Below are positions 18,772 through 27,314 of a DNA stretch of 64,000 nucleotides, in pieces (the first letter of the stretch is position 1; every line of letters begins with the position of its first letter). The stretch lies in assembly GCA_041661305.1 (NCBI GenBank), contig JBAZUR010000001.1, forward strand, positions 313,986-377,985, in the 5' to 3' direction. Origin of the DNA: Minisyncoccota bacterium. GTDB lineage: Bacteria; Patescibacteriota; Minisyncoccia; Phycocordibacterales; VMEP01. The notes beneath the pieces were generated by a model. The model saw only the letters and a program-made list of their open reading frames with translations. It made no database searches and had not been told where the DNA came from. Position numbers and translations under genes: made by a program.

Positions 18772-19275
18772 TTACTTAAATGATTTTAGTAATAAATTTA
18801 TATCTTCAATGATTTCATCAAGACGATGGTTAGATTTAACGTAATACTTGCTTACACCGGAATCAATATATGACTTTATTGTTTTAGGACTTGCGGCATT
18901 AGAAACAACAAAAACGGGTATTTTATTCCACCTTCCACCGTTTGCTTTAAATTTTTTAACAAAAGCAAGACCATCTTCTTCTCCTAGGAGATGATGGTCG
19001 AGCCAAACCGCATCAACTCTCTCCAAGCTTTCGATATATTTAAGAGCTTGTTCAATACTGAGCACAGTAATCGCCTTAGGAGAATTTTTTTCGAGTTTTG
19101 CATTAAAAGCTTCTTCAACACTCCGAGCAGAGATAACTCCAAAACCGCTTTTCTCAAGTTTTGCGTTTATCACCTCGAGCAAAGGTCGATCATCTTCTAT
19201 AACCAAGATTGTTTTCTTTTTACTAGAAATATCTTTTTTTTTGCTGTTAATTTCTTTTAAAGCTTTTTTAATCAT
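18772..19275 (-). CDS. single-domain response regulator with internal 21-aa duplication
   Basis: ILVIEDD, VWLD (phospho-Asp), PVFVVSN, YYVK. Confidence 0.85.
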   Translation of the reverse strand: MIKKALKEINSKKKDISSKKKTILVIEDDRPLLEVINAKLEKSGFGVISARSVEEAFNAKLEKNSPKAITVLSIEQALKYIESLERVDAVWLDHHLLGEEDGLAFVKKFKANGGRWNKIPVFVVSNAASPKTIKSYIDSGVSKYYVKSNHRLDEIIEDINLLLKSFK

Positions 19276-19310
19276 GTGTTTTTGTATACTGAGTTATGAA
19301 TATTGATAAT

Positions 19311-21092
19311 TTATTTTGCATACCTATTCCCCCTTTTTTTAGCTCCTAGTAATGGTAGTGTTACATAAAAAGTAGTACCGCTATCTCCTACCCCTAAAGA
19401 TTTAAACCAAATCTTTCCTCCAGAATTTTCAACAATAGATTTTGCAATATAAAGACCGAGCCCTGTTCCATCAGTATCCTTATTTCTAACATTATCTGCC
19501 CTAAACAACTTGGTGAATATCTTGTCTTGTTGATTCTTTGGAATGCCATAACCTGTGTCGAGAATTTTTAAAAGAATATTTCCTTTCCCTGACCAAGAAA
19601 GAGACATTGCAATTTTTCCTCCATCTGGTGTGTACTTCACAGCGTTTGATAAAATATTTTGCACCACCATTCGCAAATGCTTTGGATCTGCCTGTATAAC
19701 TCCGACATTCTTCTCTGAAGAGAAAGAGAATGATATTTTTTTTATATTAATCTGTGGTTTTTGTTCATCTATGACACTTTGAGCAAGTTTACTTATATCT
19801 ACTGATTCTGGTTCGACGATAAACGTACCGAGTTCCAAAGAAGAAACGTCTAAGAGTGCATTTACCAACTCAACCATGCGTTGATTACTTTTATAAACCT
19901 CATCAAGATATTTTTTTTGTTTATCATTTAATTCTCCTACGTCACCCGCCAAAAGCATTTCAGCATACCAATTAACAGTAGATAACGGCGTGCGAAGCTG
20001 GTGACTAGCAAGAGAGACGAACTCCGTCTTAGCTTTATCTATTTCTCTCTCAGATGTTATGTCCCTAAAAATTTTAATTGCGCCTATCACCTTTCCTTTG
20101 AGAATAACGGGGGTCGCCATAACAGACATGGGAAATTTTGTTTTATCCTTTCTCCTATAATAATAAGTGGAAACGGAGGTAGTTGTGTTATCGTCCAAAA
20201 TTGTTTTTGCCTGATATTGCTCTAAAAAAACAAGAAATCCTTTTTCGTTCTCAAGGAGAATAGTATCGGAAAAAATTTTTCCAATAGTCTCCTCTCTCTT
20301 TTTGCCAAACAGCTTTTCGGCTGTTTTGTTCATTATTATAATAATTCCCTTCTCGTCGGTAACAAGAAGACCGTCACCAATTGACAGTAATATTGCTTCC
20401 TCTTTCACTCTAGCCATTTCTAAATCTTTAGTACGCTCGAGAACTTTATGTTCTAGTGTTTCGTGTGATTTTTTAAGCTTTTTAGCAATCACCGCGAGTT
20501 TACGTCTAGCGTCTTCTTTTTCCTTTGCTGTTACGGCGAGTTTACGTCTAACGCTTTCCCTCTCCTCAGCTGTTGCAGCAAGTTTAGTGGCTGTTACCAA
20601 AAGATTACGGCGAACGTCTTCTTTCTCTTCGGCGGTCACTGCGAGTTTACGGCGAACGTCTTCTTTCTCTTCGGCGGTCACTGCGAGCTTCCCTGCTGTT
20701 ATTGCTAACTTCGCCGCAGTTACTACTAGTTTTGCGGCTGTAACTTCTAGTTTTCTTCGAACAACCTCTTTTTCTTTTGCTGTTGCAGCGAGTTCTTTTG
20801 CTGTGACAGCTAATTTTTCTGCTGTTATTTCTAGTTTGCGCCGAACAACCTCTTTTTCCTTTGCTGTTGCAGCGAGTTTTTCTGCTGTTGCAGCGAGTTC
20901 TTTTGCTGTTATCTCTAGTTTACGTCGAACAATTTCCCTCTCCCTAGCTGTTGTGGCAAGTTTCTTGGCCGTCTCGGCGAGCTCCTTTGCCGTTATCTCC
21001 AGTTTACGTCGAACAACCTCTTTTTCCTTGGCTAGAACCTTAAGGTTTCGAATTATTTCATTGGATACTGAGGTTATAACTTTTTTTTTCAT
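19311..21092 (-). CDS. cytoplasmic PAS histidine kinase with long N-terminal repetitive coiled coil
   Basis: PAS (ILLSIGDGLLVTD), H-box ASHQLRTPL, NAVKY, DTGYGI, GTGLGLYI; no TM segment. Confidence 0.92.
   Translation of the reverse strand: MKKKVITSVSNEIIRNLKVLAKEKEVVRRKLEITAKELAETAKKLATTAREREIVRRKLEITAKELAATAEKLAATAKEKEVVRRKLEITAEKLAVTAKELAATAKEKEVVRRKLEVTAAKLVVTAAKLAITAGKLAVTAEEKEDVRRKLAVTAEEKEDVRRNLLVTATKLAATAEERESVRRKLAVTAKEKEDARRKLAVIAKKLKKSHETLEHKVLERTKDLEMARVKEEAILLSIGDGLLVTDEKGIIIIMNKTAEKLFGKKREETIGKIFSDTILLENEKGFLVFLEQYQAKTILDDNTTTSVSTYYYRRKDKTKFPMSVMATPVILKGKVIGAIKIFRDITSEREIDKAKTEFVSLASHQLRTPLSTVNWYAEMLLAGDVGELNDKQKKYLDEVYKSNQRMVELVNALLDVSSLELGTFIVEPESVDISKLAQSVIDEQKPQINIKKISFSFSSEKNVGVIQADPKHLRMVVQNILSNAVKYTPDGGKIAMSLSWSGKGNILLKILDTGYGIPKNQQDKIFTKLFRADNVRNKDTDGTGLGLYIAKSIVENSGGKIWFKSLGVGDSGTTFYVTLPLLGAKKRGNRYAK
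20472..21038 (-). repeat. intragenic heptad repeat array (KLAVTAx / EKExVRR units)
   Basis: 21- and 42-nt periodicity, including near-identical 42-bp tandem units around 20605-20687. Confidence 0.85.
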
Positions 21093-21099
21093 AAAATTT

Positions 21100-21483
21100 T
21101 TAAATTTCCAGTATTTCTTCTATTTTCTTCACAATAGCATGGAGCTTCCAGTCAGATTTTATTAAATAATGTGTTAATTTATGAACTAGTAAATCGTCTA
21201 CAAACTGTTCGTTGGGGCCACTTAAATTGGTTAAAATAATAATTGGCACCTTCTCTCCCCATTTATCTTTTCTGATGTTCTTTAAGGCCGTTATGCCGTC
21301 CATTTCAGGCATAATAAGATCGAGTAAGATAAGGTCTGGGTGTTTTGAGAGCGCCAAAACCACACCTTCTTTTCCATTTCTAGCCTCAATTGATAGAAAA
21401 TTTTTAATATGAAGAATATCAACTATTGCGCTGCGGAGACTTTTTTCATCCTCGATTATTAGTATCGTTTTTTGTTTTTTCAT
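21100..21483 (-). CDS. single-domain response regulator (CheY-like)
   Basis: ILIIEDE, PDLILLDLIMPEMDG, IIILTN, YLIK; start moved to ATG 21483. Confidence 0.9.
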   Translation of the reverse strand: MKKQKTILIIEDEKSLRSAIVDILHIKNFLSIEARNGKEGVVLALSKHPDLILLDLIMPEMDGITALKNIRKDKWGEKVPIIILTNLSGPNEQFVDDLLVHKLTHYLIKSDWKLHAIVKKIEEILEI

Positions 21484-21505
21484 AATATTTTCTCTATACA
21501 CATGA

Positions 21506-21531
21506 GCCGAACAAGAACGAAAACCATTACA
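21506..21531 (-). promoter_or_regulatory. putative ECF sigma promoter for the RR-HK genes
   Basis: TGTAAT-N16-CGGC on minus strand. Confidence 0.65.
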
Positions 21532-21611
21532 ACAAAACAAAGAGGGCGCAAAAAAACCTTTTTGGTAATTTTCCAAAAAGATTTTTTTGTTTAACCTAAA
21601 TCTCTCCAATA

Positions 21612-22301
21612 CTATTGATTAGTATAAAAAGAAGAAGGTGGGGTTATACTTGCGTTGTTTGACGAATCTAGTACTTCAACCAAGTAATAATACCTAGTAT
21701 TTGGACTAAGACCGTTTATGTTTACGTTATGATACGTTTTTGAGGCGCCATCATATTGTGCCAAGATACCACTTACACCAGGCTCAACAGAATGAATGCC
21801 GGTCTGGTCAAAGGTGTTACTTAGCATAATTGGTGAAGTGCTGTAGTAAACCTTCCCACGAGCCAGACTGTCGGTATTCCAACTGACAGAGGCACTTGTA
21901 TTAGTGGTGGTGATGTTTAAGCTGGTAATAAGTGGTGCAACTAAGTCTGCCCCAACACTTATACCACCAACCATCTGAGCATTAAGGACCGAAAGCGTTA
22001 TCGGACCAACTCTACCGACAGTATCAATGCCGTTACGCGCCTGGAAATTCGATACGGCAGACTTTGTTAGAGGACCAAAATACCCAGTCACGAGACCTTG
22101 GGGGTAAATAGTTTGATCCAAAGCCAAGAATGTCTGAAGGGCGGAAACATCCGACCCACTCATTCCAATTTCCAACTGACGGTTTAGCGTTTCTGCTTGC
22201 GCAAACAAAGGCGTGCTGATAATTACTGCTGCTGACAAAATTATTCCCGCCTCCAAAAGAAAGCGATTCAATATTTCTGTGTAATTTATAGTTTTAGACA
22301 T
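21612..22301 (-). CDS. secreted peptidoglycan-binding domain / fibronectin type III protein
   Basis: GMSGSDVSALQTFL..TGYFGPLTKSAVSNFQ..GRVGPIT; FN3-like GLSPNTRYYY. Confidence 0.8.
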   Translation of the reverse strand: MSKTINYTEILNRFLLEAGIILSAAVIISTPLFAQAETLNRQLEIGMSGSDVSALQTFLALDQTIYPQGLVTGYFGPLTKSAVSNFQARNGIDTVGRVGPITLSVLNAQMVGGISVGADLVAPLITSLNITTTNTSASVSWNTDSLARGKVYYSTSPIMLSNTFDQTGIHSVEPGVSGILAQYDGASKTYHNVNINGLSPNTRYYYLVEVLDSSNNASITPPSSFYTNQ

Positions 22302-22377
22302 ATTTTTTTTATTATTGTTATTAATTTAAGCTTCTAAATAATCGTTCGACCTGAAAACTACCCTCACTACAATAATT

Positions 22378-22403
22378 GCCGTTTATATATCTAACCGATT
22401 ACA
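22378..22403 (-). promoter_or_regulatory. putative ECF sigma promoter
   Basis: TGTAAT-N16-CGGC on minus strand upstream of 22301. Confidence 0.65.
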
Positions 22404-22444
22404 GGTTGTACTGATTAAAAAATAAATAAACTAGCAAATTAATG

Positions 22445-22789
22445 TTACAGATGCTTTTTAATATGGTTCCATGAACGCTTTGCCTCCTTAACAAGAATCT
22501 TTTCTTCTGCAATGGAAAGTTTTTTTGCTTTGGCATATTTCTTAACACTTTGATCAACAAGAGTGTTGTATTCTGACTCGCCAAGATTTTTTAACTTCTT
22601 CACTTGCGGTGCCATATAACGATAGAAATCTCCGGAAAGTTTCTTGATATCAGTTCCTATTTTCTTCCCTGCTTCTGACGTTATAAGTATTCCAGCCACA
22701 ACACCGAGCACTGCCCCTACCAAAGCCCCTTCTAAAAGTTTTCCACTATTTCCTTTTGTGTTTTTTTTATTAACTATTTTTTTGTTCAT
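22445..22789 (-). CDS. YtxH-like protein
   Basis: GALVGAVLGVVAGILI..GKK motif followed by a charged helix. Confidence 0.6.
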   Translation of the reverse strand: MNKKIVNKKNTKGNSGKLLEGALVGAVLGVVAGILITSEAGKKIGTDIKKLSGDFYRYMAPQVKKLKNLGESEYNTLVDQSVKKYAKAKKLSIAEEKILVKEAKRSWNHIKKHL

Positions 22790-22795
22790 TTTTTA

Positions 22796-23092
22796 TTATT
22801 TACTATATTTCTTATTAATTACTTTTACACGACCTTCCTTTACGTATTTTGACGGACGCTTCCTAAAAAAATATGAAAGTACTGGCAGTTCTGAAAGTCT
22901 TTCTAGGGCTTCGCTTATCCTCTCCCCCACTTCCGACGAAACATTAGTAATGTTGTCGGAAATCTTTTTAAGATCTTGGGCTACGCTTACTAGGTGATAC
23001 GCAATAACAGTCATCAAAACTCCAACTACCATTACGGCCAAAGAAATTGTTAGATTGAAAACTATTTCGGAGAAAATAAGTACTGTTTCCAT
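22796..23092 (-). CDS. hypothetical membrane protein (possibly DUF948/YtxG-like)
   Basis: TM helix followed by a coiled segment, directly upstream of the YtxH-like gene. Confidence 0.5.
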   Translation of the reverse strand: METVLIFSEIVFNLTISLAVMVVGVLMTVIAYHLVSVAQDLKKISDNITNVSSEVGERISEALERLSELPVLSYFFRKRPSKYVKEGRVKVINKKYSK

Positions 23093-23101
23093 GTTAACAA
23101 T

Positions 23102-23127
23102 GCCGACCAAACCGCCTACTTGTTACA
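23102..23127 (-). promoter_or_regulatory. putative ECF sigma promoter (near-leaderless transcript)
   Basis: TGTAAC-N16-CGGC ending 9 nt before ATG 23092. Confidence 0.6.
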
Positions 23128-23276
23128 CTTGATATAATCAACACAACGTGGTACTATTTGGGTAAGATATTCTATTCCACTGGGTGCCATGTAATGTCAC
23201 ACAGCTATCGTTTCCACAAAAAGAACTGGCCCGCAACCAAACACGACAACAAACTCAGTACCCGTCGTAATCTTGA

Positions 23277-23302
23277 TGTAATGAAACAAACCAAGAAACG
23301 TC
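23277..23302 (+). promoter_or_regulatory. putative autoregulatory ECF sigma promoter
   Basis: TGTAAT-N16-CGTC, 25 nt before the sigma factor ATG. Confidence 0.7.
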
Positions 23303-23327
23303 ATAGGTTGTAACTACTTAAACTAAA

Positions 23328-23843
23328 ATGAATAAAAAGGAAACAGCCCAACAACAAAGAGCGCTAACTTTAGCGCATGGAGAATACGAGAAAGGTCTTA
23401 ACTCGCATGCGTTTTTTAAAACGCATAGCCATGAGATTGGCGAGGATTTAGTTCAAGACACCTTCATGAAGACGTGGGCGTATCTGGTTAAAGGGGGAAA
23501 AATTGATGTGATGAAGGCCTTCCTTTACCACGTCCTAAATAATCTAATAGTAGACGAGTATCGCAAACATAAAACAACTTCTCTTGATGTTCTCACGGAA
23601 AAAGGTTTTGACCCAGGAAACAATGACTCAGCAGAACTTCTTGCAAATGCACTAGACGGTAAGGCGGCGCTTTTACTAATACAACTACTCCCAGAAACAT
23701 ATCGAAAAGTTATGAACATGAGGTATGTGCAAGATCTTTCACTTGAAGAAATATCCATCCTAACCGGAAAAACGAAAAATGCTGTTGCTGTTCAGTTACA
23801 TCGTGGCCTTGAAAAATTTAAAATACTATATGGCCACGCCTAA
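23328..23843 (+). CDS. ECF-family RNA polymerase sigma factor
   Basis: Region 2 EDLVQDTFMKTW..FLYHVLNNLIVDEYRK; region 4 LPETYR..DLSLEEIS..VQLHRG. Confidence 0.92.
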   Translation: MNKKETAQQQRALTLAHGEYEKGLNSHAFFKTHSHEIGEDLVQDTFMKTWAYLVKGGKIDVMKAFLYHVLNNLIVDEYRKHKTTSLDVLTEKGFDPGNNDSAELLANALDGKAALLLIQLLPETYRKVMNMRYVQDLSLEEISILTGKTKNAVAVQLHRGLEKFKILYGHA

Positions 23844-23864
23844 TTTATATTTTTACAAATATCG

Positions 23865-23890
23865 TGTAATGAATTAACTAGGGACACGTC
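23865..23890 (+). promoter_or_regulatory. putative ECF sigma promoter
   Basis: TGTAAT-N16-CGTC upstream of ATG 23921. Confidence 0.7.
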
Positions 23891-23920
23891 ATTAGTGTAT
23901 TACCGATAATTTTTTTAAAT

Positions 23921-24055
23921 ATGCTTCAAACAACTATAATCGTTTTACTCATTCTCTGGTTACTTGGCTTCAGTTTTAATCTAGGTGGCGACCTTATTCA
24001 CACACTCCTTGTCATCGCAATCATTGCTTTTATTGTTCGCTTACTTTCAAATTAA
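23921..24055 (+). CDS. small membrane protein, lmo0937-like family (below ORF-track cutoff)
   Basis: MLQTTIIVLLILWLLGFSFNLGGDLIHTLLVIAIIAFIVRLLSN, 44 aa; LWLLG..GG.LIH.LLVIA signature. Confidence 0.85.
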   Translation: MLQTTIIVLLILWLLGFSFNLGGDLIHTLLVIAIIAFIVRLLSN

Positions 24056-24074
24056 ACTCTTCGTTAGAATTTCA

Positions 24075-24119
24075 TTACAACAAAAAACTAGCACAATTTG
24101 TGCTAGTTTTTTGTTGTAA
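24075..24119. terminator. bidirectional intrinsic terminator
   Basis: Perfect 21-bp inverted repeat TTACAACAAAAAACTAGCACA-att-TGTGCTAGTTTTTTGTTGTAA between convergent genes. Confidence 0.85.
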
Positions 24120-24125
24120 ATTTAT

Positions 24126-24363
24126 TGGAGCCGCCTCTCGGATTTGAACCGAGGACCCTCGCTTTATCCCGGTAGTAAAAATTATTTACAACGGGACAAG
24201 CAAACGCTAATTCTGTTCACTCCATCAGAGCCGCCTCTCGGATTTGAACCGAGGACCCTCGCTTTACAAAAGCGACGCTCTACCACTGAGCTAAGGCGGC
24301 TCTGATGGAACCAACTGCCTGCCCCGTAGCGAGTCTTCTCTGCTACTGGGGAGCTAAGGCGGC
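24126..24363 (-). pseudogene. interrupted outer tRNA-Thr copy enclosing the intact tRNA
   Basis: 5' 13 nt at 24351-24363, D-loop remnant at 24310-24317, anticodon-arm remnant at 24197-24208, 3' half with CCA at 24126-24166. Confidence 0.6.
24229..24300 (-). tRNA. tRNA-Thr(TGT), CCA not encoded
   Basis: GCCGCCT acceptor stem, GCTC/GAGC D arm, TCGCT-TTTGTAA-AGCGA anticodon arm, CTCGG-TTCAAAT-CCGAG T arm. Confidence 0.95.
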
Positions 24364-24435
24364 TAATGCAATCACTAGGCTTGTTTGCCCAAACATTTTT
24401 ACACACAAAATGTTTTAGAGCAATTGTCTAAAAAA

Positions 24436-24825
24436 CTACTTCAATTCTCCGTTACGGAAACTATCCCTATGATTGGATATATCCTTAAGAAAAAATGAAG
24501 CTGACCCCCTTTCTCCATCTTCTCCGCTAACTGGCGGAATAGACATCGAAAAGTGTTCTACTCTCTCTTCAATAAACTTTTTCGCTATGTGATAAAAGTT
24601 TATTGAAATTCGAGAAAAAGCAGATGACATCTTTTGTAACTTACCAAGGATAAATGCTGAAAAACTTTCCCAGGCTTTTTCCCATTCAAACACCGACAAA
24701 AGATCTTCAACTCTACATTCTTCACCACTTAATATTTTACCCCTCCTAATGCTCCACACCCTAAAAAGAACCATCCCCGAGATGGCGGAAGCAAAAACCA
24801 AAGAAAATATAGCCGGTAAAATCAT
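24436..24825 (-). CDS. hypothetical protein with N-terminal TM helix
   Basis: 129-aa ORF co-oriented after tsf; C-terminal ASFFLKDIS. Confidence 0.6.
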   Translation of the reverse strand: MILPAIFSLVFASAISGMVLFRVWSIRRGKILSGEECRVEDLLSVFEWEKAWESFSAFILGKLQKMSSAFSRISINFYHIAKKFIEERVEHFSMSIPPVSGEDGERGSASFFLKDISNHRDSFRNGELK

Positions 24826-24845
24826 ATATACCTATGTCAATAATA

Positions 24846-25439
24846 CTACCTAACTGTGGAAAAACGTGCAAAGCGTGCAATTTCAATACGCTCCCCAAAT
24901 TTCTGAACTGCCTCATCCACCAATGCTCCAACAGTAACATCACCATTCTTTACAAAAGGCTGTTCAAGTAGAGCCCTCTCTGCAAAGTATGTATTTAATT
25001 TACCCAAAACAACCTTCTCCTTAACAACAGGATCATTCTTACCAGCAGCTAGAGCCTCTTCAGTAAATACTTTTTTTAAGTCTTCGATAACTTCCTCGGA
25101 GATATCCTCACGTCGAACAAACTCTGGATTTGCTGCCGCAACATGCATTGCAATGTCATAGGCAAGTTTCTTAAACTCTTCGTTTTTTGAAACGAAGTCA
25201 GTTTCAGAAGAAAGCTCAACCATTGAACCAACAGAACCACCTAAGTGAATGTATGACTGAACAGTGCCAGAACCCAAAGTCCTGTCACCTTTCTTTCCGG
25301 CAATATCTTTACTTTTTCTTTTTAAGATTTCAATTGCCTTTTCTTTGTCTCCCTCTGCTTCCTCGAGAGCTTTTTTACACTGCATAACGGAAACACCTGT
25401 TATGTCGCGCAATTCCTTAACTTGATCCATTGTTACCAT
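24846..25439 (-). CDS. tsf: elongation factor Ts (short form)
   Basis: VKELRDITG..CKKALEE, ETDFV; adjacent to rpsB. Confidence 0.96.
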   Translation of the reverse strand: MVTMDQVKELRDITGVSVMQCKKALEEAEGDKEKAIEILKRKSKDIAGKKGDRTLGSGTVQSYIHLGGSVGSMVELSSETDFVSKNEEFKKLAYDIAMHVAAANPEFVRREDISEEVIEDLKKVFTEEALAAGKNDPVVKEKVVLGKLNTYFAERALLEQPFVKNGDVTVGALVDEAVQKFGERIEIARFARFSTVR

Positions 25440-25466
25440 GGTTTTAAAAAAGAACTTATGAGTAAA

Positions 25467-26183
25467 TTATTTAGCAACCTCTTCGCGCATCGATACCCCT
25501 TCTTGGTATGCATTCACGATGCTTTCAACAAAAAGTTTAATACTTGAAGTTGAAGCGTCGTTACCAACAATAGGATATGTAACCACTGAAACATCACAGT
25601 CAGAGTTTGAGACACTGATAACTGGAACTTTAACGTTTTTGGCTTCGACGATTGCAATGGCTTCTTTTTTAGAATCAATAACAAACATTGCACCAGGCAT
25701 ACTCTTTAGAGAAATCAAACCAAAGAAATATCGGTTGAGTCTTCCGAGCTCTAAGTCGATAATAAGACGTTCCTTTTTTGTATAACGTGCAATTGTACCT
25801 TTTTCTTTTTCGTCATTAATTTGCAAAAGTCTTTCTACTCGCTTTCTAATTTCTGAAAGATTAGTCAAAGTTCCTCCAATCCAACGCTCTGTGACAAAAG
25901 GCATATCGATTGATTGTGCTGCTTCTTTAACAATATCGCGAGCTTCTGGCTTAGAACCAACAAAGATAATCTGCTTGCCTTGTTTTCCAAGCTCTCTGAC
26001 AAAATCACAAGCTATCTCAAGCATTTCACTTGTTTTATCAAGATCTATGATATCAGCGTGATTTTTTGAACCTAAAAGTGACTTTTTTATTGATGGGTGA
26101 CGTCTTGTGCGGGAATAGCCGAAATGAGCGCCTGCCTTAAGTAGCGCTTCCATGCTTGGTATTTCTTTAGTATTTTTCTGCAT
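25467..26183 (-). CDS. rpsB: 30S ribosomal protein S2
   Basis: AGAHFG, RWIGGTLTN, GNDAS. Confidence 0.96.
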   Translation of the reverse strand: MQKNTKEIPSMEALLKAGAHFGYSRTRRHPSIKKSLLGSKNHADIIDLDKTSEMLEIACDFVRELGKQGKQIIFVGSKPEARDIVKEAAQSIDMPFVTERWIGGTLTNLSEIRKRVERLLQINDEKEKGTIARYTKKERLIIDLELGRLNRYFFGLISLKSMPGAMFVIDSKKEAIAIVEAKNVKVPVISVSNSDCDVSVVTYPIVGNDASTSSIKLFVESIVNAYQEGVSMREEVAK

Positions 26184-26270
26184 ATTTTAAAATTATTATC
26201 CCACCCCACCCATATATAGAGGGTTAGAAGTTCATATACTAACAAAAAGGCTTATTCTAAGCAACCCGTA

Positions 26271-27260
26271 TTAGTCTTCGTCTTGTTCTCCCTCCCCTCC
26301 ACTAGGAATCACCCCGTTAAACCCCTCAAACGTCCTAATTATCGGATCTAAGCCCCCAGCGAGTATTCCCTCGATATTGTGCCATGTCTGCTTGATACGA
26401 TGGTCGGTGACACGATCTTGAAGAACATTATACGTGCGAATTTTTTCTGAACGGTCGCGAGTTCCAATCTGGCTCTTTTTTTCAGCAGAAAGCTTATTAA
26501 ACTCTTCTTCTTCTTTGAGCATTGAGAGGCGCGCGGAAAGCATTTCAAAAGCCTTCTCGCGATTTTTCAACTGACTTCTCTCGCTCTGGCAACGCACCGC
26601 AACCCCTGTTGGTTTGTGAATAAGGCGTACAGCCGTTTCAACTTTATTAACGTTTTGCCCACCAGCACCACCGGAACGAGAAAGTTCCATCTCCACATCA
26701 GCCGGAGATATTGTGTATGAAAAACGAGTACGAATCGGTAAAACCGAAACAGATGCTGTTGACGTGTGCACTCTACCTGATTTTTCCGTTGCAGGAATTC
26801 TCTGCACTCGATGAACCCCGGTTTCAAACTGAAGCGCTTCATAAGCTCCCTTTCCTTTTACTTCAAACGAAACTTCTTTATATCCACCAAGTTCACTTCG
26901 CGATTCATCAAGTCTAGTCACAGACCAATTACGAGATTCAGCATATCGCTGATACATAATAGAAAGCTCTTCCGCAAAAAGTGCAGCTTCTTCTCCCCCT
27001 ACACCCGCATACACTTCTAAAATGGCACCGGTTGGTTTTGCCACCTCCTCCTTCTCTGATTCAAAGATTGTCTCAATCTGCTTTTCGATTATTTCTTTTT
27101 GCTCAGAAATTCTTTTTAACTCCTCCTCTGCAATTTCGCCCATGGAAGAATCGCTCTCAACCATAGAGTTTATCTCTTCCTCTTCTTTCAGTAATTGCTC
27201 AAACTGAGTCGCCAGATAAGCGGTCTTTGAGTTCTTCTTCCAGTTTTCAAGATCCTGCAT
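26271..27260 (-). CDS. prfA: peptide chain release factor 1
   Basis: [12 protein letters not shown] (PxT motif), [18 protein letters not shown]. Confidence 0.95.
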   Translation of the reverse strand: MQDLENWKKNSKTAYLATQFEQLLKEEEEINSMVESDSSMGEIAEEELKRISEQKEIIEKQIETIFESEKEEVAKPTGAILEVYAGVGGEEAALFAEELSIMYQRYAESRNWSVTRLDESRSELGGYKEVSFEVKGKGAYEALQFETGVHRVQRIPATEKSGRVHTSTASVSVLPIRTRFSYTISPADVEMELSRSGGAGGQNVNKVETAVRLIHKPTGVAVRCQSERSQLKNREKAFEMLSARLSMLKEEEEFNKLSAEKKSQIGTRDRSEKIRTYNVLQDRVTDHRIKQTWHNIEGILAGGLDPIIRTFEGFNGVIPSGGEGEQDED

Positions 27261-27267
27261 AGTGGTA

Positions 27268-27302
27268 GAAAAAGAAAAAACAGCAATTGCATCGCTGTTT
27301 TT
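27268..27302 (-). terminator. intrinsic terminator after rpmE
   Basis: Minus strand AAAAACAGCGAT-gca-ATTGCTGTTTTT followed by a U-rich tract. Confidence 0.6.
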
Positions 27303-27314
27303 CCGTTTTATTAT

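Noticed and set aside
20302-21165. 287-aa plus-strand ORF
   Set aside because: Antisense shadow of the repetitive kinase coiled coil, with a low-complexity mirror sequence.
14550-24166. tRNA-integrated genomic island bounded by att sites
   Set aside because: The duplicated tRNA 3' half is only 100 bp from the tRNA. I found no matching att copy near 14.5 kb and no integrase.
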